The translations under genes and the position numbers were made by a program. Source: an uncultured delta proteobacterium (GTDB lineage Bacteria; Desulfobacterota; Binatia; Binatales; Binataceae). Taken from it: DNA of 64,000 nt. Where the stretch lies: positions 1,280,001 to 1,344,000 of the forward strand of contig CAVXXK010000001.1 of assembly GCA_963765675.1 (NCBI GenBank), read 5' to 3'. Below the pieces are notes generated by a model. It searched no databases. It saw only the letters and a program-made list of their open reading frames with translations, and was not told where the DNA came from. This document shows, piece by piece, positions 29,299-39,955 of the stretch. Every line of letters begins with the position of its first letter. Position 1 is the first letter of the stretch.

Positions 29299-30291
29299 AT
29301 GGCGACAAAAGTGCTCGTCACCGGCGCCGGTGGCTTTATCGGCAGTTTTCTGGCGGCGTTTCTCAAACAAAAAGGTTATTGGGTTCGCGGCGTCGATATC
29401 AAGAAGCCTGAATTTGCGCCCTCGGCATGCGATGACTTTCGGCTGCTCGACCTGCGGCGCTGGGAGAATTGCGTCGAAGCCACAAAGGGCATGGAAGAGG
29501 TCTATGCGCTCGCGGCCGATATGGGTGGAATGGGCTTCATCTCCGCGCATCATTCGCAGATCCTTTTCAACAACGCGATGATCAATTTTCAGACCCTCGA
29601 GGCTGCGCATCAGAACAACGTGAAGCGCTATCTGTACAGCTCCTCGGCGTGCATCTACCCCGAATTTAAGCAGACTGAGACCAACGTCACCCCACTGCGC
29701 GAAGAAGACGCCTATCCCGCGATGCCGCAGGACGCCTACGGCTGGGAGAAGCTCATCACCGAGCGGCTGTGCACGCACTATCGCGAGGATTACGGCCTCG
29801 AGACGCGTATCGTGCGCTTCCACAATATCTTCGGCCCCAAGGGCACTTGGGACGGTGGACGCGAGAAGGCGCCTGCCGCAATGTGCCGCAAAATCGCTTA
29901 TGCCAAGTTGACCGGAAATCATGAAATCGAGATCTGGGGCGACGGCGAGCAGACTCGTTCGTTCTGCTATATCGATGATTGCGTGCTCGGCATCTACAAG
30001 CTGATGCGTTCGGATCATCGCGAGCCGCTCAACCTCGGCCAGGATCGGATGGTCACGATCAACGAACTTGCCGACATGGTGGCGAATGCTGCGGCAGTTC
30101 GCATCAGCAAGAAGCACATCGACGGTCCGCAGGGTGTGCGCGGGCGTAACTCTGACAACACTCGCCTGCGCGCCGTATTGAAGTGGGAACCGGAAATCTC
30201 GCTGGAAGAGGGAATCAAACGCACCTACGTATGGATCGAGGAACAGGTGCGGCTTAAACTCGCAAGCGAGCCGGTGGCGGCATCGGCCTGA
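29299..30291 (+). CDS. GDP-mannose 3',5'-epimerase-like NAD-dependent epimerase
   Basis: GAGGFIG, AADMGGMGFI, SSACIYPEFKQ, PQDAYGWEK, GGREKAPAA, GVRGRNSDN. Confidence 0.88.
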   Translation: MATKVLVTGAGGFIGSFLAAFLKQKGYWVRGVDIKKPEFAPSACDDFRLLDLRRWENCVEATKGMEEVYALAADMGGMGFISAHHSQILFNNAMINFQTLEAAHQNNVKRYLYSSSACIYPEFKQTETNVTPLREEDAYPAMPQDAYGWEKLITERLCTHYREDYGLETRIVRFHNIFGPKGTWDGGREKAPAAMCRKIAYAKLTGNHEIEIWGDGEQTRSFCYIDDCVLGIYKLMRSDHREPLNLGQDRMVTINELADMVANAAAVRISKKHIDGPQGVRGRNSDNTRLRAVLKWEPEISLEEGIKRTYVWIEEQVRLKLASEPVAASA

Positions 30292-30354
30292 CGGCAGACT
30301 ACTCGCACCTACATCGCGATCTCAGATTCTGACGCTCGCTCGGAGCGTATTCGC

Positions 30355-31569
30355 ACGCGACTGCTCTTTCTAAATCGCTCGTTCTGGCCTGATCCCGAAG
30401 CGACCGGTCAATTTCTGACCGAGCTTTGCGACGACCTGTCGGCGCAGCATCGGATTACGGTTATAGCCGGACCGTCGCTGCATCGCGAAGCCTCGCGCGA
30501 CGTATCGCCGCGTCGGATGCTCGCGTGGGAGCGCCGCGGCGAGATCGCGATTATCCGTACTTGGGGCACGCGTTTCTCAAAGACACGTCTGGCCGGACGG
30601 ATCACCAATCTCGCTACTTATTACATGCTTGCCGCGTTAGCGGCCCGGCGTATCCCTCGCCCAGATATCATTATCGCCGAGACCGATCCTCCACTGCTGG
30701 GCGCGCTGGGTGCCGCACTCAAGCGGCGCTTCGGTTGCCGCATGGTCTATAATGTCCGCGATCTTTATCCCGATATTGCTTACGCCAATCGCGGGCTCAA
30801 AAATCCTGCGCTGCTCGCGCTTCTCAATCGCGCAAATTCATTTGCCTATCGCCACGCCGACGAGGTCGTGACGCTCGGCCACGACATGGCAGAGCGCATA
30901 GTCGCGAAGGGCGTTTGCGCGGACAAGGTTTCGGTCATACCCGATTGGGTCGATACCACCCTCATCCAGCCGCTCGCGCACAATCCGTTCCGCACTCAAT
31001 TCGGCGAGCGATTCGTCGTGATGTATTCGGGCAATATCGGCCTTTCGCAGCAACTCGAGGCCGTGCTCGAAGCCGCCGCTCGCGTCGCAAACAATCCGGG
31101 TATTGTCTTCGTGCTGATCGGTGAAGGCGCGCGCAAGCCCGCGCTGATGAGGCTCGCACGCGAGCGCGGACTCGACAACGTAATGTTCCTGCCCTATCGC
31201 TCGAAAGAAGAGCTCTCCGAGTCCCTCGGTGGCGCCGACCTGCATTTGATCCCGCTGATGCGCGGCGCGGCCGGATGCTTGGTGCCGAGCAAGATCTACG
31301 GCATCCTCGCAGCCGGCCGGCCCTTCGTCGCGATGATGGAAGCGCATGCCGAGGTGGCGCGAATCGCGCGCGAGCGCCGCGTCGGATTCGTCGTCGAGCC
31401 GGGTGATGCTGGCGGGCTCGCTGACGTGATCCTCAACGCCAATCGCAATCGCAATGACCTGCGCGCGATGGGCGAGCGGGCGCGCGACGTCGCAGTGCGC
31501 CTATTCGATCGCACTGTCGCCACCAGCGCATTCGCCGCGATGCTCGACAGAGTGGGCCGATCCACTTGA
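30355..31569 (+). CDS. Glycosyltransferase family 4 (WcaI/WbuB-like) with apparent ACG start
   Basis: RLLFLNRSFWPD...GQFLTEL lies in frame upstream of the first ATG (30517); YSGNIG, VPSKIYGILAAGRP. Confidence 0.85.
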   Translation, partial: TRLLFLNRSFWPDPEATGQFLTELCDDLSAQHRITVIAGPSLHREASRDVSPRRMLAWERRGEIAIIRTWGTRFSKTRLAGRITNLATYYMLAALAARRIPRPDIIIAETDPPLLGALGAALKRRFGCRMVYNVRDLYPDIAYANRGLKNPALLALLNRANSFAYRHADEVVTLGHDMAERIVAKGVCADKVSVIPDWVDTTLIQPLAHNPFRTQFGERFVVMYSGNIGLSQQLEAVLEAAARVANNPGIVFVLIGEGARKPALMRLARERGLDNVMFLPYRSKEELSESLGGADLHLIPLMRGAAGCLVPSKIYGILAAGRPFVAMMEAHAEVARIARERRVGFVVEPGDAGGLADVILNANRNRNDLRAMGERARDVAVRLFDRTVATSAFAAMLDRVGRST

Positions 31570-31742
31570 ATTTTCTCGCTGCCGAAACGCTCGGCCGGCG
31601 ACCTCCAGACGCTCCCCGAATGCTACGAACTTAAGCTATCTCTATCGACTTTGTTTATCTTTACTACTCTCTTGCGGGTCGAGATACGCATCCGTATCCT
31701 GTAAATCGCTCGGCGGGGGACTGTTGAGGCCAGTTTTGCGCG

Positions 31743-33590
31743 ATGAGTGAGCAGTTCATTGCGATCGGTCTGGTCGCAGCGGTGGCGTTCGCATTTGCGG
31801 TCGCCACGCTGCCGATCGCGATCATCGTCGGTCGCAGGCTCGGGCTCACAGCCTTTCCGGCAGTTCACAGCTCAGCGGCTGAGCAAACCACGGAGTTTGG
31901 TGGCGCACCGATTGTCGGAGCGATCCTGATTGCGCTGGCGATGACGCATAGCCTGCCGCTCTGGATTCTGGCGGGGGCTGGCGCGTTGCTGATCATCGGA
32001 CTGATCGACGACGCATTCGAGATGCGGCCCTATCAGAAGTTCCTTTGCCAGGTGGCGATCTGCGTCTGGGCTGCAGGATTTGCGCTGCCGGCGCATGCGC
32101 TCACCCCATGGCCCGCGCTTGATTTCGGGGTCGCCGTAGTATGGCTGCTCGCGACCACCAACGCCTTTAATCTGATCGACGGTCTTGATTGCCTGGCGGC
32201 CGGAATCGGGATTATCGCTGCTAGCGCGATCGCTGCGACCGGGATCATGCATCATGCTCCGCAGGTATGGATGCCGAGCCTCGCGGTTGCCGGCTCGCTG
32301 GGCGCTTTCATGTTTTTCAATTTTCCACCCGCCTCGATAATTATGGGCGACGCGGGTGCGCTGCCGCTAGGCTATATGCTCGGCGCGCTGGCGCTGGCCG
32401 CCGGAGGGCTCGCAACCAACTCGCGGCTCACCAAGTATGTGTTTCCGGTAATGGTAATGATCGTCCCGCTGCTCGATACCGGGATCGTCAGCGTAACCCG
32501 AATTGCGACCGGCGGCTGGATTTCGCGCCACGGCACCGACCATTCGCATCATCGCCTGCTCTCGCTGGGACTGACAGATCGGGCGGCGGTAGCGGTTTGC
32601 TGCGCGGTGGCCGCGGTCGGAGCGCTATGCGGATTCGCGGCGAACGTCCTGACCCATGAAAACGTGATCGTCGCGCTGCCATTTCTGATTCTGGCGACGG
32701 CGGTTCTGGCCCTGTTCATGATGGATCTGACCTTCGAGAACAATCCTCCCGGGCTCGAGTACGGGCATGTGCAGGGAGTCGCGCGCTTTATCCTGCGCTT
32801 GGGGTATAAGCAGCGAATCACTGAGGCTACGGTTGATTTCGCGCTGATCAGCGGTGCATTCCTGGCTGCGCAGGCGCTACGGCTCGATTTCGACATCAGT
32901 AGCGCAACCATCGGCATCCTTCTGCGCGAAGTGCCGTACGTCGCGTTGGCGACCTACCCCGCGTTCGTGATCGCCGGCGTGTACAGAGGCATCTGGCGGT
33001 ATACCAGCCTCTCTGACGGACTGCGGTTTGCCAACGGCGCCGTTCTGGCGGGAGTGTTCGTGACTATTGCGTCGCGGTTTGCGCCGGTCTCGCTGTCGGG
33101 CTCGATCGTGGTGCTGTTTGTGATACTGCTCTTCAACCTCCTGATGATGACGCGCGTCTCCTTCCAGGCGATCCGCAAGGGAATCAGTCAGCTCGCGGCC
33201 CAGAACGAGCGCGTACTGGTGGTCGGCGCCGGAGAGAAGGGCGCGGCGGCCGCGAATTTCATCTTTTCAAGCCGCAGGCACGGCGCGCGCGTGATCGGAT
33301 TCGTCGATGACGACGCGTTCAAGCTCGGCAAGCTGATGCACGGGCAGCGAGTCCTCGGCGCCTACAACGATCTGGAACGAATCTATGAAGCGGCTCCCTT
33401 CGATGAGTTGCTGCTCGCTGCCGATGGGCTGTCCGCGGCGCAGATGGGGTCGCTGACAGCGTTTGCAGAGCGGCACAAAATCGCGATGCGGCGCTTCTCG
33501 ATCCAGGTTAATGAATTAGCCGGACAGGCAATCCAGGGATTGGCGCAGCCGCACGGCGCGCTGCAGCTCAGGGAACCGGACGCCGTCTGA
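31743..33590 (+). CDS. WecA/MraY-like polyprenyl-phosphate sugar-1-P transferase fused to a CapD-type N-terminal/CoA-binding domain
   Basis: GLIDD, NAFNLIDGLD, FNFPPASIIMGDAG, DHSHHRL; then GVYRGIWRY, VLVVGAG, IGFVDDD. Confidence 0.88.
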   Translation: MSEQFIAIGLVAAVAFAFAVATLPIAIIVGRRLGLTAFPAVHSSAAEQTTEFGGAPIVGAILIALAMTHSLPLWILAGAGALLIIGLIDDAFEMRPYQKFLCQVAICVWAAGFALPAHALTPWPALDFGVAVVWLLATTNAFNLIDGLDCLAAGIGIIAASAIAATGIMHHAPQVWMPSLAVAGSLGAFMFFNFPPASIIMGDAGALPLGYMLGALALAAGGLATNSRLTKYVFPVMVMIVPLLDTGIVSVTRIATGGWISRHGTDHSHHRLLSLGLTDRAAVAVCCAVAAVGALCGFAANVLTHENVIVALPFLILATAVLALFMMDLTFENNPPGLEYGHVQGVARFILRLGYKQRITEATVDFALISGAFLAAQALRLDFDISSATIGILLREVPYVALATYPAFVIAGVYRGIWRYTSLSDGLRFANGAVLAGVFVTIASRFAPVSLSGSIVVLFVILLFNLLMMTRVSFQAIRKGISQLAAQNERVLVVGAGEKGAAAANFIFSSRRHGARVIGFVDDDAFKLGKLMHGQRVLGAYNDLERIYEAAPFDELLLAADGLSAAQMGSLTAFAERHKIAMRRFSIQVNELAGQAIQGLAQPHGALQLREPDAV

Positions 33591-33741
33591 CCCCCGACGT
33601 TGCCTTGCACACGCTACCTGAACCGCAACCGAGCAAGCGCCGCGCATCGATAGATCGTGCTCACGCGATGATGAATCGCCTCGGCCCGCATGTCATAATT
33701 CCTGAGGTCGCGGGGAGCAATTTGCAAGGAGCAAATTACTT

Positions 33742-34104
33742 ATGAATCGAGCGCGCAAGCCGGTGCATATCGAGCCGAAAGGCTGGGGCCGCGAGGTCTG
33801 GATCGCTAACAACGACAGATATTGCGGTAAGATTCTCGAAATAAAAAAGGGCAAGCGGTGTTCGCTGCATTTTCACAAAATCAAGACCGAATCGTTCTAT
33901 CTGCGCGCGGGCCGGCTCAAAATCCGTATCAAGGAATCGCCTGAGTCGCAAACCCTGGAGGAATTTGTCCTCGAGGCGGGCGAATGCATGGACGTACCGA
34001 TCGGGCTGGTGCATCAGATGGAAGCGCTTGAGGACGCCGAACTGTACGAATTCTCGACTCAGCATTTCGACAGCGATTCGCATCGTTTGGTGCGCGGTGA
34101 TTGA
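33742..34104 (+). CDS. Cupin protein (sugar isomerase-like)
   Basis: KGWGREVW, SLHFHKIKTESFY, LVHQM, EFST. Confidence 0.8.
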   Translation: MNRARKPVHIEPKGWGREVWIANNDRYCGKILEIKKGKRCSLHFHKIKTESFYLRAGRLKIRIKESPESQTLEEFVLEAGECMDVPIGLVHQMEALEDAELYEFSTQHFDSDSHRLVRGD

Positions 34105-34161
34105 AGAGCCGCTGCCGGGTTCGTTCGCGGCGCATGCCCGTCCTCACCTTATGGAGCCAGC

Positions 34162-35178
34162 ATGGCGAAAGTCGCTCTGATCACCGGCGTCACAGGACAG
34201 GACGGTTCCTACCTGGCCGAGCTGTTGCTCACCAAGGGTTACCAGGTGCATGGAATCGTCCGGCGCACCTCGAGCTTCGCGACCGGCCGCATCGACCATC
34301 TGCGCAAGAGCTTCGCCCCGGGCTCCGACGGTCTGCAACTGCATTACGGTGATCTGGGCGACGGCACCGGCCTGCGCCGCATCATCGAGCAGGTCCGTCC
34401 CGACGAAGTTTATAATCTGGCCGCGCAATCTCACGTGCGGATTTCGTTCGACCAGCCCGAGTACACTGCCGACGTGGTCGGGCTAGGCACGCTACGACTG
34501 CTCGAAGCGCTGCGCGATCACAATCATCGCCATGGCCGCTCGGCGCGGCTGTACCAGGCGGGTTCCTCCGAGATGTTCGGCAAGGTCGTGGAAATTCCGC
34601 AGCGCGAGACCACTCCGTTTCATCCGCGCAGCCCATACGCGTGCGCCAAGGTTTACGCGCACGAGCAGACGGTCAATTACCGCGAGGCCTACGGACTGTT
34701 TGCGTGCAACGGAATTTTGTTCAACCACGAATCTCCGCGCCGGGGCGAAAATTTCGTGACCCGCAAAATCACCCGCAGCGCCGGAAGGATCAAGCTCGGG
34801 ATGCAGTCGCGGCTCGCACTCGGCAACCTGGAAGCGAAACGCGACTGGGGGTTTGCCGGCGACTACGTCGAGGCGATGTGGATGATGCTCCAGCAGGAGC
34901 GTCCCGATGACTACGTGATAGCGACCGGTGAAACTCATCCGGTGCAGGAATTTCTCGAGCTCGCGTTCGATCGGCTGAGTCTCGACTGGAAAAAGTACGT
35001 TGAGATCGATCCGCGCTTTTTCCGCCCTTCCGAAGTTGACATTTTGATCGGCGACTCCTCCAAGGCGCGCCGCACGCTCGAATGGACGCCTCGCGTCAGT
35101 TTTACGGAACTGACCGCAATGATGGTGGATGCGGATCTGGAACTGGCGCGCCGCGAGCTCAAATCTTCACAGGCGTAG
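34162..35178 (+). CDS. gmd: GDP-mannose 4,6-dehydratase
   Basis: [49 protein letters not shown]. Confidence 0.97.
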   Translation: MAKVALITGVTGQDGSYLAELLLTKGYQVHGIVRRTSSFATGRIDHLRKSFAPGSDGLQLHYGDLGDGTGLRRIIEQVRPDEVYNLAAQSHVRISFDQPEYTADVVGLGTLRLLEALRDHNHRHGRSARLYQAGSSEMFGKVVEIPQRETTPFHPRSPYACAKVYAHEQTVNYREAYGLFACNGILFNHESPRRGENFVTRKITRSAGRIKLGMQSRLALGNLEAKRDWGFAGDYVEAMWMMLQQERPDDYVIATGETHPVQEFLELAFDRLSLDWKKYVEIDPRFFRPSEVDILIGDSSKARRTLEWTPRVSFTELTAMMVDADLELARRELKSSQA

Positions 35179-35283
35179 TCACTTAGCGCGTGCGGTATTT
35201 AGCCGCGCCACACGATGACGTACGAAGCGCAACGAAGTTGCGTCGCTTTGCAAGCAAATATCACTCACAACTAAACGCGCTGC

Positions 35284-35318
35284 TTGACCGACTGACCGAA
35301 CGGCGGTTAGTCGGTCAA
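35284..35318. promoter_or_regulatory. 15-bp inverted repeat, operator-like, upstream of YjbQ
   Basis: TTGACCGACTGACCG-aacgg-CGGTTAGTCGGTCAA, one mismatch. Confidence 0.55.
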
Positions 35319-35407
35319 ATCGGAGATAAAACATTGCCCCCTGTGGCTCCGCACGCATACGATCGAAGAGATAGAGTCTTGCGCACTGAGAGTTCCGAGG
35401 AGTCACC

Positions 35408-36022
35408 ATGGGTTACAACCGACCGCTCGCACGAATCGTCACGAAACCTCGCGGTTTCAAGAGCCGGCATTCCGTCTCGCTTTCCGACGCGATCGTGCAG
35501 ATTCGAACCGTCGAACCGATCCAGTTCATCGATCTGACCGACATAATCAATGCACACCTGTCCGAGTACGGATGCGATAGCGGGCACGTGACAGTTTTCT
35601 CACGCCACACCACCGCAGCGATCAAAATCAACGAAGCTGAAGAGCTGCTGATCCAGGATTTCAAGACAATGCTCGCGCGGCTGTGCCCGGCCGACGCCGG
35701 GTATCATCACAATGACATGGCAAGACGCAAACCGCCCATCGCGCCCGATGAGCATCCCAACGCGCATTCGCATCTGATGCACCTGCTGCTATCCACCAGT
35801 GAGCACATTCCGGTGATGGACGGGCGGCTCGCGCTCGGAACCTGGCAGCGCGTATTCATGGTCGAGCTTGATGGCCCGCGCGATCGCGAGGTGATGATCC
35901 GATGCGAGAGCTACGAGCCGCAGCACGGCGAGGTCCGCGGGAAATCCGCGCCGATCGAGCTGCGCGCAATGGGTGGGAGTGCGATGAACGGAGCCGCACG
36001 CAGCAGCGCGCCGGCAAAATAA
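35408..36022 (+). CDS. yjbQ: YjbQ / UPF0047 family protein
   Basis: HTTAAIKINE, NAHSHL, LGTWQRVFMVELDGPRDR; GAGGAG RBS. Confidence 0.9.
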   Translation: MGYNRPLARIVTKPRGFKSRHSVSLSDAIVQIRTVEPIQFIDLTDIINAHLSEYGCDSGHVTVFSRHTTAAIKINEAEELLIQDFKTMLARLCPADAGYHHNDMARRKPPIAPDEHPNAHSHLMHLLLSTSEHIPVMDGRLALGTWQRVFMVELDGPRDREVMIRCESYEPQHGEVRGKSAPIELRAMGGSAMNGAARSSAPAK

Positions 36023-36053
36023 TCTTTCGCGGCGAATTTCCGAATCGCAACAG

Positions 36054-36094
36054 CGCGCGGGCGGCCAAGCTGGCTCCCGCGCGGTTTTCTTTTT
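36054..36094 (+). terminator. Rho-independent terminator after yjbQ
   Basis: CGCGCGGG...CCCGCGCG stem followed by GTTTTCTTTTT. Confidence 0.7.
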
Positions 36095-36120
36095 CCTTCC
36101 CGTCTTTGTGTGTGCTGATA

Positions 36121-36296
36121 CCCTCTCCCTCCGGGAGAGGGCGGCGCGGCGCGATACTTGCGATTTTTTTCGCAAGCATCGTGACGCGTGGGTGAGGGTG
36201 CTGGTCTGCTCTTTTAATCGCGCGTCGCTTCGCGCCGCGCTGAATAAGGTCCCTCACCTACCGTGTGCCAGTGGCACGTCCCTTTCAGGGCGAGGG
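36121..36296. repeat. REP-like palindromic element (CCCTCTCCC/GGGAGAGGG...GGGTGAGGG/CCCTCACC type)
   Basis: Hairpin 36121-36141; GGGTGAGGG 36190 pairs with CCCTCACC 36251; degenerate closing copy near 36280-36296. Confidence 0.65.
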
Positions 36297-36307
36297 ATCA
36301 GACCGAA

Positions 36308-39300
36308 TCAGGCGGGCGTGGGTGAGAATTCGGCTTCGAGCCGCTCGGCGTCATCGGGCGACAAGTTGAAGTATTTGCACTCCGGATGATGGAATACGAT
36401 CGCGCTGGTCGAGCTTTCCGGGTCCATCATGAAGCCCTCGGTCAACTTTGCACCGATATCATTGCGATCCACTTCAAGCAGCTTGAAAAGCTGCGTTTGG
36501 TCTTCCATCCGTGGGCACGCGGGGTATCCGAACGAATAGCGCTTGCCGCGATAGTGAGACTGGAACAGATCCTTTTTCTTCAGGTCCGGCGGGTCGCCGA
36601 TTCCCCACATCTGGCGAATCTTCGAATGCAGCAATTCGGCGAAAGCTTCCGCGCCCTCGTTTGCGAGCACCTGGAGGATGAGAGAACGCAGATAGTTACC
36701 CTCATCTTTCCATCGGTCGGCGAGCGAGCGCACGCCGGGTCCAATCGTCACGATCGACAAACAAAGATAGTCGGCGCGGCCCGAGTCCTTCGCCGCAACG
36801 TAGTCGGCCAGACACAGATATGGCGCGGCGCTTTGGCGGCCGAAGCGAAATCTTCCGAGCTCGGTTTTGCCGTCGGGTGACAAAAGCATTACCGAACGAT
36901 CGCCGTCCGACTGCGCGCGGAAGAATCGGAAAATCGCGTTCGCTTTTATATCGTCACGCGCGAGCATCAACTCCTGAACTTCTTCGATTGCGGCTTTGAG
37001 TTCGAGCGCCTTGGCGTTTCCCTCCGCGAGCGCGCGCTCGGCGTCGCGCAATCCCAGATGCTTTGTGTATAGCATCGCAGGATTGATGTACTGAAAGATC
37101 TCGCCCAGGTCGTAGCCGCGCAGCACGTGCGTTTTGAGGTCGGGCGGCGACAGGAATGTCGATATCGCGCCGCACCGACGATTTCGCTGCCGGATTGACG
37201 ACCGCGCCGTTGGTTGGCCTGGGCGCTGACGCGATCATCTTCGCCGAATCTTGTTCGAGCCGGAGCTTCAGCGTCTCACGCCGCTCACGATCCATGATCT
37301 GGTTGGCGAGCGCCAGCCCCGACATCGCGTCGTTCGCGTAGGCGACCAACCCCGGATATTCGGGTGCGATTTTGATCCGCGTGAAGCGGTTCGACAGCGC
37401 CGCGCCTCCCACCAGGATCGGGCAATCGATTCCGGCGCTCTTCAAGTCCTGCGCCGTGATCACCATCATCTGCGCCGACTTCACCAGCAGGCCGGACAAT
37501 CCAATCGCGTCGGGCTGATGCTGCCGGAACGCTTTGATCAGATCCTCAGGCGGCACCTTGATGCCGAGATTGATCACCCGGTAGCCGTTGTTCGACAGAA
37601 TTATCTCGACCAGGTTCTTGCCGATGTCGTGAACGTCGCCCTTGACCGTCGCCAGGATAATCTTGCCGCGATTCGAGCTCTCGCTCTTCTCCATGTGCGG
37701 CTCGAGATGCGCCACCGCGGCTTTCATAGCCTCCGCCGATTGCAGGACCTCGGCGACGATCATCTGATTAGCGTTGAACAGCCGCCCGACTTCGTCCATC
37801 CCCTTCATCAGCGGGCCGTTGATAATGTCGAGCGCACCCATCGTGGCGAGGATCTCGTCGAGGTCCTCGGTCAGACCTTCTTTCGATCCTTCGAGGATAT
37901 AGCGCGGCAGCCGCTCCAGGAGAGGGAGATCCTTGCGATTCTCTTTTTCGACTCCGCTCTTGCGCTCGCGGAAATGGGCGGCGTACGCGGCAATCGGATC
38001 GTCGCCGCGCCACCAGATCAAATCGTCGGCGAGCTTTTTTTCCTCTTCCGGAATCGACGGATAGCGCGGCAGCTTCTCCGTGTTAACCATCGCGAGGTCG
38101 AGTCCGGCCTCGATGCAATGATGGAGCATCACAGCGTTTAAGACTTCACGTCCCGCAGGCGGAAGCCCGAACGACACGTTCGAGATTCCGAGCACGGTCT
38201 TGGTGCGCGGTAGCGCGGCCTTTATCAGCTTGATGCCTTCGATCAGCTCGACGCCGGCGCCGATATAATTCGTGTCGCCCGTGGCGATCGGGAAAGTCAA
38301 CGGGTCGAAGATGATGTCCTCGGGCTCGATGCCGTATTTTTCGGTGAGCAGCTTGTAGGAGCGCTCCGCGATCGCGAGTTTGCGCTCGCGCGTGATCGCC
38401 TGCGCCTGCTTCTTATCCTCGTCGATAGTCCCGACGATGATCGCGGCGCCGAAAGTTTTCGCCAGCCGGATGACGGCCTGGAAGCGCTCGGAATGCTCGC
38501 CGTCTTCGAGGTTGATCGAGTTGATCAGCGACTTGCCGGCGGTTCGCTTGAGCGCTTCCTCGACCACATGCCAGTCGGTCGAGTCGATCATGATCGGCGC
38601 TTTGACTTTTTTGACTTCGATTTCGAGAAAGCGGACGACGTCGGGAATTTCCTCGCGGTCGGGGTCCTGCAGGTTAACGTCGACGATGTGGGCGCCGCGG
38701 CGCACCTGCGCGCGGCCGATCTCGGCCGCTTCTTCGAATTTGTTTTCCGCTATGAGCCGCTTGAATTTGCGGCTGCCGAGCACGTTGGTCCGCTCACCGA
38801 CGATAACCGGGCGCGTGTCCTGATCGATCACCAGCGCTTCGATTCCCGAAACCGCTGTGCGCCTGACGGTCGGAATCGCGCGCGGCTTCAATCCTGCGAC
38901 AGCTTGCGCCAACAGCCGGATATGCTCCTCGGTCGTGCCGCAGCATCCGCCGACCAGATTCACCCATCCGTTCTGCGCGAAACGGCCGACCTTGGCGGCC
39001 AGCATCTCGGCGGTCTCGTTATAGTGTCCTTCCTCGTCGGGCAGGCCCGCGTTCGGCACGCATGCGACGTTGAAGCGCGCGATTTGCGACAGAGTTCGCA
39101 GATGATCCGTCATGAAATCGGGACCGGTCGCGCAGTTGAGACCCATCCAGAGCAGATCGCGATGCGCAAGCGAGATGTAGAACGCTTCGATATCCTGTCC
39201 GCAGAGCAGCGTGCCCATCGTCTCGATCGTGCCCGACACCGCGACGGCGGGCGTCACGCCGGACTTTTGGATCGTGCGATCGATTCCGACGAGTCCCGCC

Positions 39301-39827
39301 TTGACGTTGAGCGTGTCCTGCACGGTCTCCAGCAGCAGAATGTCCGCGCCGCCCTCGATGAGCCCGAGCGCCTGCTCGGCGTACGCCTCGGCGAGCTGAT
39401 CGAAGGTCACGCCGCCGGTGACCGAGAGGCTCTTGGTCGTGGGACCCATCGAGCCGGCGACGAAGCGCGGCTTTTCGGGCGTGCTAAATTTGTCGGCCTG
39501 CTCGCGTGCGAGTGTGGCAGCGATTCGATTGAGTTCGAACGCGTCGGCTTCGAGTCCGTACTCCGCGAGCACGATTCGCGTCGAGCCGAAGCTCGCCGTC
39601 TCTATGATGTCTGCGCCGGCTTCAAGAAACCCGGCGTGCATCGCGCGGATCAGGTCGGGCCGGGTGCGAACGACGTTTTCGTTGCATCCCTCGAGGCTTG
39701 TACCGCCGTAATCTTCGGCCGAAAGCTGATGGCCCAGGATGAAGGTGCCGAAAGCGCCGTCGAGCACGAGGATTCGCTCGGCGAGCAAGTCTTTCAGCAG
39801 CTTGATCCTGTGTGCGTCAGTGGCCAT
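36308..39827 (-). CDS. metH: Cobalamin-dependent methionine synthase, split by one frameshift near 37150
   Basis: LDGAFGT, GLNCATGP, GGCCGTT, GERTNV, KGDVHDIGKN (ORF 36954-39827); RYSFGYPACP activation domain (ORF 36308-37126). Confidence 0.95.
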
Positions 39828-39955
39828 TGTTAGTGACTTCCATGTAATTACAGGTGAGAGTCCAAGCGTATCTTAGCCATGATCGCCATTCAATTTGACC
39901 TATCCGCACGCTATCGACGCGCGCGAGCAAACGCCGGAGTTCCAGGGATTCGATA

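Noticed and set aside
30289-30291. TGA as selenocysteine
   Set aside because: The epimerase is complete at this stop, no Cys is expected there, and I see no SECIS-like hairpin
32585-32598. GGCGGTAGC ops-like sequence
   Set aside because: Inside a coding region, lacks the rest of the consensus, and is expected by chance at this GC
39828-39955. Possible SAM, SAH or cobalamin riboswitch upstream of metH
   Set aside because: The spacer is short and shared with a divergent gene; no recognisable aptamer motifs
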